From: the human T2T-CHM13v2.0 reference genome, Homo sapiens | Assembly: GCA_009914755.4 (NCBI GenBank) | Contig: CP068257.2 | Location: 22,208,001 to 22,272,000 of the forward strand | DNA length: 64,000 nucleotides | Direction of reading: 5' to 3' | Shown: positions 1-14,642 of the stretch, piece by piece | Layout: every line of letters starts with the position of its first letter | Numbering within the stretch: the stretch's first letter is position 1 | The notes under the pieces: generated by a model | What the model saw: the letters and a program-made list of their open reading frames with translations, nothing else | The model's database searches: none | Told to the model about the DNA's origin: nothing | Made by a program: the position numbers and the translations under genes

Positions 1-250
1 GTACGTAGTTGAGAGGATCAAGAATAAACAGGCCTATCCTATCTTATCTGAACCAGAAATAATTTTATCTTCTTTTAAATTACACTAGGACCCCCAAAAA
101 GCACACCTGCTGGTAGTATCCTTAAAAGTGAGAATAATCTTTACATAAAATGTTGGTTTTATGATCACATAAAATAATACTTAAAGTGGTAGCTTTAATT
201 ATCATTATCTTTATTATGTTATTATTGTTGTCATTTTATCATTATTATTA

Positions 251-646
<396 letters not shown>

Positions 647-3210
647 TTATATTAAAGTACATACCAAAAGAGTCTAATTTAATGATAACACAACAGGAAC
701 AGAGAAGAGCATATAAATCTCACCTATTATCTATTTAACCAATACTAAAAACAACAGTGAAAATTAAAATATTGGAAGTTCCTAAAATTTTGAAATACTC
801 TGAACAACTTAGAGGAAATTTTAGTTTTCATAAAATAATTAAGAAGTAATACTTATATTAATTTTAATATTTATATTCTTCACCTAATTAAAGCTGAATT
901 ATGAAATACAACTGTCACTCAAACATTTTAGGTTTATATTTACTGTATTCATATACGTTTTTGTTTCAGAAATGTTTATTGGAAGTAGTATAAATTTCTA
1001 TGAGGAAAGACTTGAAAAGTTTTATCTGTGACCCCAAGAAGATCACAGTCAATGTGAAGTAGGCTAAAAATGGTCCAAGAGCCCATTTTAGAAAAATAAC
1101 AGTCTTTGTTCAAAAAATACCTTGAAATCATTAGATATATTACAAGAAGCCTTAAGTATAGAGTCTGGAAAAGACATTGAAACAAAGACACAGCTAGACT
1201 CTTCTGCACAAGTCTTCTGCATATCAGTCAAATATAAAATGAAGAAAAATAAAGATTGAAAAGCTAAAAAAAATTGTATGCAATTATATTCCAGATATAT
1301 TAGGTCTTAATTAATGTATTGATGATTTCAATAATAAAATGCCCATTGTTGTCTAAGAAAAAAACAAAACAAAAAAAACAGCTGTGAAAGAGGCAACAGG
1401 AAATTTGTAAAAAGAGTAGATCCCAGGGAATGGAGCAGGAAACTGAAGCTTTTAAATAAGGGAGCCAGTAAGATATTTCTGATAATTGGTTAGGCAAAGT
1501 GCTTTTAAGAACTGTGTTAACTAACATTCAACTTGAAGTTTTTTATGATGACATGATGTAAACCTTATTCATTATCCTATTCCATCAATGGACTTAACAC
1601 ATAATTTTGGAGGAATGTGAAAGAATTTTCATAGTGTCTAGAATGTAGTGATTAGCAAACAGTGTATATGGAACATTGTGATAACCCACACACTTAAAAC
1701 AGTTCTTTGAAAATAGTCTTAGCTGAGATAACTGGGAGAAGCATAATATCTCATTTTTTTCCAAGAATTATTTGCAATAATGAAACAGATACTGGGTCCC
1801 TTAGAATACAACATTTGGCATTTTGGTCAATTGCATTTGAAATACACTGTGAAAATTGTTTGGTATTACATGGTAATTCCTGCTACATTGGAATCAGGAC
1901 CAAGATTATTGGACCATGATAAATGACCTTATGTCTGCTTGGAGAAGTCAAGTTTTTATAGGTAATGCTTCAGCTGAAATTGAAAAGTATGTATGACTCT
2001 GTCAGGTAGACAAGGAAAAGGCAAAACGTTTCAGAAAGATAAAATGACCTGACAAAGTGTAGAGGCATGAAAGGAATAGGTATATGGAAGCAGGTAGTTT
2101 TTGGCATGGCTTGAGTATAAGAGACAGATGGAGAAGAATGAGAAGTTGGAGCTTGGGATGATAGGAACTCTCAATGTCAAGTTAAGCATGATACAAATAA
2201 AACTTTATTTTATAGGCAATAGAGAACTGGAGATCCTTAAACACTTTTAAAGAAAGAAGGCATGTGCCCTATCTTAACTGTTGGAAAAGTAAGTCATGCA
2301 TGTATATAGTATAGTTGGGAGGAAGGTAATGCCAGCAAAAAATAAGAGTAGACTATGAGAGAATTCCATTTAATTGATGATAGGTGTCTAAAGTAGAACA
2401 GAATAGAGCCACAGAAGTAGAAGGAATTGGTGGATGTTGAAACATTGCTAATGAGACTAGAAAAAGACTGTCCACAGAGATCTGAGACAATCTGGAAGAT
2501 GTTGATGGCTTTCACCAATTTCCAAAATAAATACGTAAGACAGTATAAGCTTTGATGAGGTAGGATGAAAAGACTGAATTCAGCTTGAGGACTCTGTGGA
2601 ATATGTACATTGTCAGTAATCAGGTGATCCAGAACTGTCTAGGAAGGCTGATGTTTTCTATCCAGGAAAAAAGATAAGTGACTACTTGTCAGCAGGTAGT
2701 TGAAGGTTACAGTCTAAATGAGATGACTCAAGTAGATTTGTAAAGTGAAAAGAAAACTGGGAAGAAGATCAAGCTCTGCTGCACACCAAATGCACCAAAA
2801 TAAGTATTCTTTCCTGGGCTGGAGATTTGGGAAGGTCTAAAACATAAGGGAAGAAGCAGGAGTAGAGAAAAAACAAAAAAAGCGTGTCAATAATCAAAAA
2901 CTTGATCAATAGTATCAGAAGTTGCAGAGAAGTCAGGTAAGATAAGGCCTGAAGTGCACCCTTTGGATTAGTGCATGTAAAGACACTGGTGACTTTATAA
3001 AAAAATAATTTCAGCGAAATAGTAAGAGCTGGTTCTGGGATGAAGTATGTTGAGCCATCAAGGTACAGGGAGAAGGTAATGGCAGTGGCTGGTTAATTTC
3101 CTAAAGAGCATGTCTATGAGTAGAAAAGATAATTTCACTTCAAATAATATCATAAATGAAGAAATTTTTTTTCTGATATTGCTATCTGAGAGCAATTTGA
3201 AGTCAGCAGG

Positions 3211-3263
3211 TAGAGAGAGAGAAAATGAGAGAGGGAGAGAGAGAGAGAGAGGAGAGAAGAGAA
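3211..3263. repeat. (GA)n-rich purine microsatellite
   Basis: tagagagagagaaaatgagagagggagagagagagagagaggagagaagagaag read directly. Confidence 0.7.
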
Positions 3264-5210
3264 GCTGAAGGTATCGGAAAGAAAGGAGATACTTAATGCA
3301 GTGTGGTGTGGAGAAGATAACAGTAGATGAGGCCATCCTGAAGGTGGCAGTAAAGATCACAAAGTACCCACATTAAGTTTTAAGACAAACTTGTAAAACC
3401 AGAAGGAAGAAAGTCAGAACATTTAGATGTATGTATAATTTGATGTTTAAGAGTTTAGGGTCTTTCCACATTCAAGTCTTGATTTTTACTGTGAAATAGA
3501 ATAAAAGCAATCTCTTGAAGATGAGGAGGCCAAAAATTATCTACTTGAGAAGAGTGATAAAATTTTGAAATAGCCAGGCAGATGGGAAATACATCTGACA
3601 AGGGTGGTATTATAGGATTTGTAGAACAAAACTAAAATTAAATATCATAAAATTGAAGTGGCAGAAACCCACAAAATTATACATTTTTTTCCAACAGCTT
3701 TCAGAAGATGGGCATAGGACTGATAAATGCAGCTGGCAAAAGTCTACCACATTTGGGCTTTGTATAGCAAGGACATCAGAAGAACAGCATCGTCAGAAGG
3801 GAGGGTACAGTGATTATGGTGGAACTGCATTATAAACTCCAGGCTTTTTGGAAAAACCAAGTTCTTAGACAAAAGAAAAGCTAATAGACATTAAAAGAGA
3901 TAGAAGTCAAGAGAGTATTGATTAGAGTAAGGGCTGACGTGTAAGCATGGTTGGCAGACCCACCCCTAATATTTAAGGTGCCCGGGGCCAGAATGTTATT
4001 AGAGCCCCTTCTATTACTTACCTAAATATTTGAAAGTAGTAAATCAAGACAAATTATTAATGCAATGTGATTGATGCTACTTTGACAATTTATCCTTATA
4101 AAAGCATGAAGGAGGGAAGTTCCACTTCAATATGTGGTGGTTCAGGAAGAGCCATTCCTTAGACCCTGATGTCCATTCCTCTCATCCCAGCCTCAGCTCC
4201 ATCCCATGCTGAGGGAGATCTGACCACACGTGTGTCACGCAGGTTCTTGTGCCCAACATCCTTTACAACCTTCTCAAATGGCTTGTGTCTAAGGACGTGG
4301 ATACCACAAATGGGTCCTCTGAGGAGAAAAGAGCTTCATAAAAAATCTGTGCAGGCTACAGAGGCAGGAACAAGGCCAGTTAGGCCAGGAATTCCAGCAT
4401 CCTGTTATTCAGCGTATAATCTGAGAAGGAGGTGCAAGGTCTCCAAGTGAGCACTTATACTTGGCCCCACAAACTCTTCACCCCTCAGAAGGGGTGTAGT
4501 ATAAAAAGGGAAGACTAAGGCCTTGCAAAGAAGACCCTCTTTTGGGGTCCAAGGGGTAACATTGGTAGGATAAGGATTAAGATTATTAATGATTCCAATG
4601 TGGAATACCAGGGTTGAACATTCAATAGGTAGGACATTCATGATAACAGAAAGAGATGTAAGACATGTGTGCTTAAGAGATTGAATCATTAAACTCTATA
4701 TATTTTATTGAATCATTGAAATATACATATATTTGAATCATTGGAAAAAGGTATATATATGTATATATATGTATATTTATATCAGGTTAAGGCACTAAAG
4801 AACCTTCATGAAGCTAGGTCTCCAGATTAATCTACTGTCAGATACTCGAGTCTTCAAGGTGAGAACAAGAGTTTGAGTGGAGAGGACCTGGTGAAATGGG
4901 AGCAAAAGACTTTGACAGGTGAGGAGAAATGTCGAGGTTCAGTAAAGGGTGATAATGGGCAGGAAGGGATGACACAACCAAAGTACAGAAGAAGTTTGGG
5001 TTAAAGCTGACATAGAATCTTTGCAAGAGACTAGGAAAAGGAAGCTGTCACTGCTTTAGAGTCCTGTCATCATCAGGGCATGGGCAAATAAGCATTCATT
5101 ATTCTAGGGAGAAGAGATGGGTTTCAGTGAGGGAAAAAACCCAGAAGCAAAGAGGATGAGCTCGAGGAGCAGAGAATTGCTAACACACTTTGGTAGAAGC
5201 CATGACTACT

Positions 5211-5330
5211 TCCACATGTATACATATGTAACTAACCTGCACATTGTGCACATATACCCTAAAACTTAAAGTATAATAATAATAAAATAAAAAAAAGACT
5301 TGGAAATGAAAAGAATAAGATAAAAAAAAG
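5211..5330 (+). mobile_element. L1 (LINE-1) extreme 3'UTR end plus A-rich tail, 5'-truncated insertion
   Basis: CATGTATACATATGTAACTAACCTGCACATTGTGCACATATACCCTAAAACTTAAAGTATAATAATAA matches the L1PA 3' terminus. Flanked by a 15-bp direct repeat GAAGCCATGACTACT at 5196-5210 and 5331-5345 (TSD). Confidence 0.8.
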
Positions 5331-6164
5331 GAAGCCATGACTACTCTGTCACTTTCATTACCAGTCCCTGCACAGCACTGGAGCAATATGTATACATAAC
5401 AAACATTGGTTAAGTTTATGAATTATTTGATGTTATTTCTATCAGCCAGATCTTCTCAAGGTTGAACAAAATAGCCTTAAAAAATCATAGTTTTTCCAGT
5501 CATAGCCGGCTCTAGAAAATTAGTTCATAGGAAGATTGCAGAGCTCTGGAAAAGAGAAGGTGAGTAGTAGAGGTCTTTTTAGTTCTCTTTCAGAATTTTA
5601 TGTCTATCATAATAATTTGGGTAATGTAAATTTCAATCACCCAGTATTTAAGAAAACGGAAGAAGATAAAATGTGCTATATCCTTTATATATTTTGCAAA
5701 TAATTATTGTGGAGCTGGTTTTAACTATTGATTTTGTGATTAATAATAATAATAACTGCATTTAGGTTATGAAATAACACAGAGCCCTACTAGGATTTTC
5801 ATAGTTGAATTTTTTTAATCCAGAAGAATATGACAACAAAATAATTACTGAAGTAACTAAAAAAAATTATTATTGACTTATATTCTCCCTAGCCAAATAT
5901 CTATAACAATGTTTTTCTAAATGTAAATACTAATATAATAATGAAGTCATAAAATAAATCTTGTGGGTCATAAGCTGATTTTTAAACTTATAACAATGTA
6001 TCATAGACTTTAAAATGATGTTTAAAGAGAAATTCTAGCATTCATCTACTTATTTATCCACCTGCATGTATTGAGTGCCTGCTCTAAATGCCAAGTGCTC
6101 TGCTGTAATTGGAAGTAGAATGCTGAACCTGGTAAGTAAGGATACTCCTTTTACAGAGCTGAAA

Positions 6165-6896
6165 CCTGCAGCATGCAATACTGAGAGGTGAAGGCAGCTG
6201 GACTTCCTGGGTGAGTGGGGACTTGGAGAACTTTTCTGTCTAGCTAAAGGTTTGTAAACGCACCAATCAGCAATCTGTAAAAATGCATCCATCTGCGCTC
6301 TGTGTCTAGCTAAAGGTTTGTAAACGCTCCAATCAGCACTCTGTAAAAACTGACCAATCAGCGATCTGTAAAACGGACCAGTCAGTGCTCTGTAAAATGG
6401 ACCAATCAGCAGGACGTGGGCAGGGCCAAATAAGGGAATAAACGCTGGCCACCCGAGCCCACGGAGGCAACCCACTTGGGTGCTCCTCCACGCTGTGGAA
6501 GTTTTGTTCTTTCCCTCTTCGCAATAAGTCTTGCTGCTGCTCAGTATTTGGGTCTGCGCTACCTTTATGAGCTGTAGCACTCCCCACGAAGGTCTGCAGC
6601 TTCACTCCTGAAGCCAGCAACACCACGAACCTACCGGGAGGAACAAACAACTCCAGAGGCACCACCATTAAGAGCTGTTAACACTCACTGCGAAGGTCTC
6701 CGGCTTCACTCCTGAAGTCAGTGAGACCTCGAACCCACCCGAAGGAAGAAACTCCAGACAGATCTGAACATCTGAAGGGATAAACTCCGGACACACCATC
6801 TTTAAGAACTGTAACACTCACCGCGAGGGGCCGCAGCTGCGTTCTTGAAGTCAGCGAGACCAAGAGCCCACTGGAAGGAACCAATTCCGGACACAG
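6165..6896 (+). mobile_element. LTR12-family (HERV-9) solo LTR; 5' boundary uncertain
   Basis: Tandem CTAGCTAAAGGTTTGTAAACGC(A/T)CCAATCAGC and CCAATCAGC..CTGTAAAA units; GGGAATAAACGCTGGCCACCC; repeated TGTAACACTCACCGCGA..GCAGCTTCACTCCTGAAG blocks; terminal CCAATTCCGGACACA. All characteristic of the LTR12 consensus. Confidence 0.8.
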
Positions 6897-7480
6897 TATG
6901 ATAACCCCTAGCCACGTGTGGCTACTGAGCTCTTGAAATATGGCTACTCCAAATTGAGACTTGCTGAAAGCATAAGATAGTCAATTTTTCAATGATAGTA
7001 TGAAAAAAGACAAAGTATTGAATTGATAATTTTATATTGATTACATGTTGGAATAATTATATTTTGGATATATTGGGCTAAATGACACATTAACTCATTT
7101 CATCTGTTTCAATTTAAAAAATACTGCTGCTAGAAAATTTTTAAGGAAATGTGTGGCTTCATTTGTGGCTTGCATTATGTTTCTATTGAACGGATAGCAC
7201 AGGCTTTGGGTCTAAGGGTAAAACAGATAGTTAAGCAAACAATTGCGATATGGTGTACTAAGTACTATGGAAGGGAAATATAAGCTGTCAATGGGAGAAA
7301 AACATTACCTAATTTAAAATAGTAAAGAAAAGCTTTTCAAGAGGTGGAATGTTTAAATATATACTTAAATAATGGGTAAGAATGGGCCAGAAAAAAAAGC
7401 TAGGGTAGTATATACTCAAAAGTAGAAAAACAAGAATCAAGAAGCAAAACATCTGCATTTGATAAACTAAAAGAAATATA

Positions 7481-8040
<560 letters not shown>

Positions 8041-8684
8041 TCAGTGAAGGATTCTAATCAGGTTAAGATATTACCAGATTTCCTTCTTTGAAAGATCATT
8101 CTGGCAGTAAAACAGAAAATGGATTAGAGGAAAACAACACTGATCTTTTCGAAGGTACTGAGCATGAGGATGAAAAACATGCCTTTTGTCTTTGTTATTG
8201 GTTGAAGGTGGAGGGCAAGGGAGGCAGAGGGAGCAGGAGCAAACCTTTAGAGAAAGCGTTTTTTGTGGTTTCTTCAAGAAGTGGGAGAGAGAGTAAACGG
8301 GTTTAGGCTTGGCTAGTTGAATGATTTCAGTGGGCTCTGAATTTCATGGCTGTCTCTATTTGTCTATTATTAGGCCCTGGAGTGATAGGGCAGCAGAATA
8401 TCTACTCTGAACTAAGAGCATAACAAAGGAGGTGGAAGAGGTGCCAGGATAGCTCCCATATTTGGAGTGTTATCATTCAAGTACACACTGGCACCAGGGT
8501 CCCTGAGGCTTGCTCATTGAGATTGTCAACACTGCAAGAAGGAGTTTTTGTGGCAGAACAGACATTGATTGGAGATGCTGGCAAGGTAGATAAGTAATGA
8601 GTCTGGGGCTCTGTAGAGATATTCAGGCAGGGGACAAAATTATACATGAGCTTTTAATGAGTAAATAGTTTTGAGAACATATAT

Positions 8685-9275
8685 ATACACATATGGTTTA
8701 TGTGTATATATATAATTTATATATAATTATAACCATACAATAATTATATATAATTATAATATTTATGCATAAATATTATATAATTAATAATATATAATAT
8801 ATTATTATTTATATATTATGTATTATAATTATATATAAAAGTATGTATTATAATTATATAAAATTATATATTTATAATTATATAAAATTATATATTTATA
8901 ATTATATATAATTATATATTTATAATTATATAAAATTATATATTTATAACATTAAATACTTATGTATATATCAATAATATGTGATGAAATATTAATATAT
9001 TGTGTATTAATATATTAGTATATAAATAATATATAATATATTATCAATATATTAATATATAAATAATATATTGTTATCAATACATTAATATATGCTAATA
9101 ATATAACAATATATTATCAATAATATATAAAATATAATAATTATATGTCTGATGATTGTATATATATTGTATATGTATATATACAAGCCATAACTGTTCT
9201 CGACTACTCATTGAAAGCTCATGCATAACTATTTTATATATACATAAATATAATTATATATATAATTGTCTAAGA
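8685..9275. repeat. AT-rich low-complexity block with embedded ~30-bp tandem units (minisatellite-like)
   Basis: About 90% A+T. Unit TATAATTATATAAAATTATATATTTATAAT is repeated about 4 times at 8847-8945. Further TATATAATATAT-type repeats run to about 9270. Confidence 0.7.
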
Positions 9276-9644
9276 AATGTGGGAAAAAATGAAAGAAAAT
9301 AAGTCTTAGCCCAAATCTCAAGAATAATTTTAGAATTTTAGATGTTGTTTCTTGATACTATCAGAGCCAATGCTTGTTTTTTTTTTTTCGTATTAAACAT
9401 ATTGAAATGTTTTCCTTTACTATATAAAACTTAAATACATGGTTAATATAACCAGCAAACCTACATAAGGTAACTTTCAAATGTCCCACCTGGCATACAC
9501 TTAAGTAATAAAACTTTAAACAATTATCTAATTATAGAATCCAACTGATTTGTATATACTGCACATATACATTATGTTTTTTTGCATAGTTTTAAGATAA
9601 ATGGAATTTTCCAGGTAGAGAAACTTGACTGGGTATCACCATAC

Positions 9645-9757
9645 CTTCTCATGCCTGTCATTCCAGCACTTTGGGAGGCTGAGGCAGGAGGATTGCTTGA
9701 GGCCAGGAATCCAAGACCAATCTGAGCAACATACTGAGAGCGTGTCTCTACAGAAAA
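9645..9757 (+). mobile_element. Alu left-monomer fragment (FLAM/FAM-like)
   Basis: TCATGCCTGTCATTCCAGCACTTTGGGAGGCTGAGGCAGGAGGATTGCTTGAGGCCAGGAATCCAAGACCAATCTGAGCAACATACTGAGAGCGTGTCTCTACAGAAAA, monomer only. Confidence 0.6.
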
Positions 9758-9989
9758 CATAATAGTAAACAAAAGTTGTGTGGCAACTTGAGGAAAATTA
9801 TTTAATTCAAAACTTCAATATGTGTAGTTCCATCAGTTTGGAAAATCATCCCACCAGTGGCAACACTGTTAGTGGCACTGAATCGCTAACACACAGCTCT
9901 ATTGGTCTGGTTGATAGGTCTGCGTTCACTGTGATTCTACATAGAAGGGGAAAAATCTGGCTTCCTCATTATTTATTTGCTGTGTGTAG

Positions 9990-10441
<452 letters not shown>

Positions 10442-10824
10442 TAATTCTTATAATACGTAAATGTACTCCCAACAATTTTCAAAAGCCTCTGCAGGGAGAT
10501 ATCCAACTACTAATTTAGAGAATGTATAGATCTTTTAAGGAGTATTTTTAAATGTAGATTTCATTATTACTCAGGCAGGGTGAAGCCAAGAGACCAGAAG
10601 ATGATGGTCATTGAAAAGAGATTTTGTTACAGTTCAAGAGAAGCAAGCACAACATGCCATGCCTTCATCTTCTGCTATGATTGTAAGCTTCCTGAGGCCC
10701 TCACCAGAAGTGGATGATGGCTTTACCCTTCTTGTACAGTTTGCAGAATGTGAACAAAAGAAACTTCTTTTCTTCATAAATTACCCAGTCTCAGGTATTC
10801 CTTTAGAACAAGGCAAAACAGATT

Positions 10825-11128
10825 GGCCCGGCGTGGTGACTCACGCCTGTAATCCCAGCACTTTGGAAGGCCGAGGCGGGAGGATCACGAGGTCAGGAGA
10901 TCAGGACCATCCTGGCTAACACAGTGAAACCCCATCTCTACTAAAAATACAAAAAATTAGCTGGATGTGGTGGCATGCGCCTGTAATCCCAGCACTGGGG
11001 AGGCTTAGGAGAATCACTTGAACCCGGGAGGCAGAGGTTGCAGTGAGCCAAGATCGTGCCACCGCACTCCAGCCTGGACAACAGAGTAAGATTCTGTCTC
11101 AAAAACAAAACAAAACAAAAAAAAACAA
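10825..11128 (+). mobile_element. Alu SINE, full length, (AAAAC)n tail
   Basis: GGCCCGGCGTGGTGACTCACGCCTGTAATCCCAGCACTTTGGAAGGCCGAGGCGGGAGGATCACGAGGTCAGGAGATCAGGACC ... GTCTCAAAAACAAAACAAAACAAAAAAAAA. Confidence 0.9.
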
Positions 11129-12888
11129 TGCAAAACAGACTAACACAGCATTAGAATAAAAAGACAGCATTAGAATAAAAAGACATTGTTAATACAAAGA
11201 GACGGCAAACAGAAGGCCGGAAATGTGGGACTAAAACCAGGAGGACTTGGTCTCCTGGAAGACAAAAGAGGAGATCTTTTCAAGGAATGAGAACCAACAC
11301 TGTTAGGTGATTTTTAGGGTCAAATACGATAAAGGCTTGAGATGGTTAAACTAAACATAACAACGGGCAGATAATTTTAACCTGATATCAGTATGAGTTG
11401 AATTATGAAGAGGAAATCTGATTTCTGAGGTCAGAGAAAAGAGGAAATAGAAACAGTGGGCATGTGCTCTTTTACCCTGAGAATTCTACCTATGCCAGCG
11501 AGGGAGGAACTTGTTAGCCAGAACAAACTGCCATGTCCAGAAAAGATTTTTTTAAAATTTGTTCATTTTATTTTTAGTTCAGCTAGAAGGCAAAAATTAA
11601 GCATGTGTAAAAGCTTACAGGAAGGAAGACGTTTGTGGAGAGTGGTAGGTTAAATATACAGACAGGAAATAATCGGTTTTCTTCAGAAAATGTGGAAGGC
11701 AAGCAATGAAGGGCACACATTTTTTTTTTAAGTGAGCTTTCTTCAGTTCCAGGGGAAAATGATTTTATTCTAACAGAAAACAAGAAAAAAACAGATCAGA
11801 TGAAGGTTCATAAAAATTTGTAACTTTGAGGGCGGGAGACTGAGGGAGTGGTCTTCTGGCAGGTTTTATTTTATTCCTTTTTTCCCCTAAGAATTAGATA
11901 AACTCACCAGATAAGAATAAGGTAGGTGAAAAAAGGATCCTAAATTTAAGAAGAATTTAGGAAGTTAGAAATAGCTGTGTGGAGACTGAGAGAGACAGCC
12001 AATTAGAGAAATAAATCCCCAAAAGGGTGGAGAGCATCTAAAGAATGTAGTAGGTATATTTAAAATTTTATTACAAGCTTTTTCTGCTTCTTAAAGGATA
12101 AAAAAAACAAGTGTACTGAGAATATATCATTTCAAATGAAACAGCATATAAAAGATTTTCATAATAACTGTAAAAAAGATGATATAGTTTTACAGGATTA
12201 GGCATCAGTAATGAAGAAGAATATAGGCCAAATCTGAAAGTCATGTCCTCAGGATGAATCTTAAACACTTACAATGTATGTAACTCATTCACATCAAACC
12301 CAAGAAGTTAGAAACTGCTTTGAAACAGAACGTCATATATCTAGAATTATGGTTTTTCAATTACAGGGGTTGATTCTTATATTCAATTGTAGTTGTCACG
12401 GTGGATTGTTCTCATAGCATATGTAAAAAGGAAAAGAAAATGAATATCCACACCAAATTTGTAGCAGTTGAATTACAATAAGTTTGATGAATTCTGCACA
12501 ATATTAACCAAAGAATTGTGTTATGTTTGCAAAAGGCTTACACATTTGCATAAACTGACAGGAACAAAGAGACTACCTCTTTATGCATATCCCTATTTTC
12601 CTTTACCGATGTTCACATTGAGCAAGGGAATGCAAGCCCAGGGCTCGAAGGAAGGGCATTATGATAGGTTTTTAAAATAACAACTGCCTCTTTCAGCAGT
12701 TATTTTTCTTTAAGGAGCCAAAAACTAAAATTTAAACCTTCATTCTGTCCCAAGCACAACTGAGGAACTTGCCATCACAAATTGAAATCAACAATCATTT
12801 AGACACCTGTTCAGTGCTGTGGAGCCACAAAGATGGCAAACCACAAAGAAGCAAATTATGAAATTCTGGAGACAGCAAAGTATATAGA

Positions 12889-13320
12889 CATGATCCCTGA
12901 AGAATGCGGGGTTTGGGAGTTCTGACCTCCATGCAGTCAAAGATCCACGTATAACTTTGACTTCGCAAAAATTTAACTACTAATAACCTACTGTTGACCA
13001 GAAGCCTTAATGATAACATAAACAGTTGATTAACAAAATGTTTTGTATGTGTTATATAGTGTATTATTACAATAAAGTAAGCTAGAGAACTGAACATGTT
13101 ATTAAGAAAATCATAAGGAAGAGGAAGTATATTTACTATTTATTATGTGGAAATGGATCATCATAAAAGGTCTTCATCCTGGTCATCTTAACATTGAGTA
13201 GAGTAAGGAGGAGGAAGAGAAGAGGCTGATCTTACTGGCTCAGGGGTGGCAGAGGTAGAAGAAAATCCACATATACGCTGACCTTCAGAGTTAAAACCCA
13301 TATTGTTCAAGGGTCAACTG
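12889..13320 (-). mobile_element. Tigger1-derived non-autonomous TcMar DNA transposon (MITE-like, ~430 bp) with both TIRs
   Basis: Right end TTGTTCAAGGGTCAACTG, the reverse complement of the Tigger1 TIR CAGTTGACCCTTGAACAA. Left end is the degenerate CATGATCCCTGAAGAATGCGGGG. Internal blocks match Tigger1 (TTCTTAATAACATTTTC.., CTAGCTTACTTTATTGTAA.., GGCTTCTGGTCAACAGTAGG.., TCAAAGTTATACGTGGAT..). TA dinucleotide at the right flank. Confidence 0.7.
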
Positions 13321-13713
13321 TATAACTGACAACTACAACCATAACTAAGAATTATAAGTTAGTGATTAAAAAGGTGAGCTTCAGAATTAGGTATAGCTAG
13401 TTGGTGTTACCCACTATAAACTGTGTGACAATGGGTAAGATACTTATTCATCCTAAATCTCAGGTTTGCTTGTCTGTAAAATGAGCAGGATAACATTCAC
13501 TTCCATAAGATAGGGTACCAGTAAGTGAAGTAAGTATTAAAGTGCCTCTTATGATATCCTTCACATATTAGCCATTAACAAATAGAAACTGAAGCAATAC
13601 ATAAGAGTGTTGAAGACATTAATTCAGTCTAAATGCAGTGGGGTGCAGAAAGGAAGGGTGTTTCCTTTCCCAGATCCCAATGCTAGCTAAGGCTAAGTAC
13701 AAAATCTGTATCA

Positions 13714-14020
<307 letters not shown>

Positions 14021-14035
14021 TTATGTCCAATCAAA

Positions 14036-14036
<1 letters not shown>

Positions 14037-14114
<78 letters not shown>
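14037..14114. repeat. compound microsatellite (CA)n then (CT)n
   Basis: About 18 CA units at 14037-14073, then about 18 CT units at 14078-14114. Confidence 0.9.
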
Positions 14115-14118
<4 letters not shown>

Positions 14119-14547
14119 AAAACTCAGTTTTAAAGTTGGTGTCGGCTTTACCACATTGAAAAATAAATTCCCTGATGCAGGTCACCTCCCCTGATAAAGG
14201 CTTTTTTTTCATTTTGGGAGCTACATATGTACAATTTTTCTATCAGAAAATCCCCCACCTTCAAACATCTAAATTACATCAGCTATAATCTGATCTCTCC
14301 TAATTTACTTTAACAGCAACAAAAACCATATTTCTGTCATCAGTGCTTATATCTCTGCCATGACAAATACCAGTAGAAAAAAATAATAGTCTCTTGGATT
14401 TAGCCTCAAACTTACAACACATCTCTTTGGGTTCATGACCTAATACAAAACTTGTGAATATAAATTTACTCACAAACACATCTATTACCTCAACAGTCTA
14501 TCCCTTCCAAATGAACCTGTACAAGTTAAAAACACAAAATGGAAATA

Positions 14548-14589
14548 TATACATATATATCTATCTATCTATATATCTATCTATCTATC

Positions 14590-14620
<31 letters not shown>

Positions 14621-14627
14621 CTCCAAC
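14548..14627. repeat. (TCTA)n / (TA)n compound microsatellite
   Basis: ATCTATCTATCTATATATCTATCTATCTATCTATATATATATATATATATATATATA. Confidence 0.9.
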
Positions 14628-14642
14628 TATTCCCTTTCTGCT

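Noticed and set aside
2030-3060. Long stretch with vague resemblance to an ancient repeat (L2/MER-like)
   Set aside because: Could not match any consensus confidently by eye. No termini or diagnostic motifs.
4160-4690. Moderately GC-rich patch with 93-94-aa ORFs on both strands, considered as a possible exon or degenerate LTR
   Set aside because: No splice-site-flanked open frame with convincing codon bias. No recognisable LTR termini or motifs. Left unannotated as insufficiently supported.
6050-6165. Possible MIR-like fragment immediately upstream of the LTR12 (TTTATCCACCTGCATGTATTGAGTGCCTGCTCTAAATGCCAAGTGCTCTGCTG..CTCCTTTTACAGAGCTGAAACCTG)
   Set aside because: The resemblance to the MIR/L2-type TTATTGAGCACCTACTATGTGCCAGGCACTG motif and TTTTACAGATGAGGAAACTGAGG is suggestive but too degenerate to call without an alignment tool.
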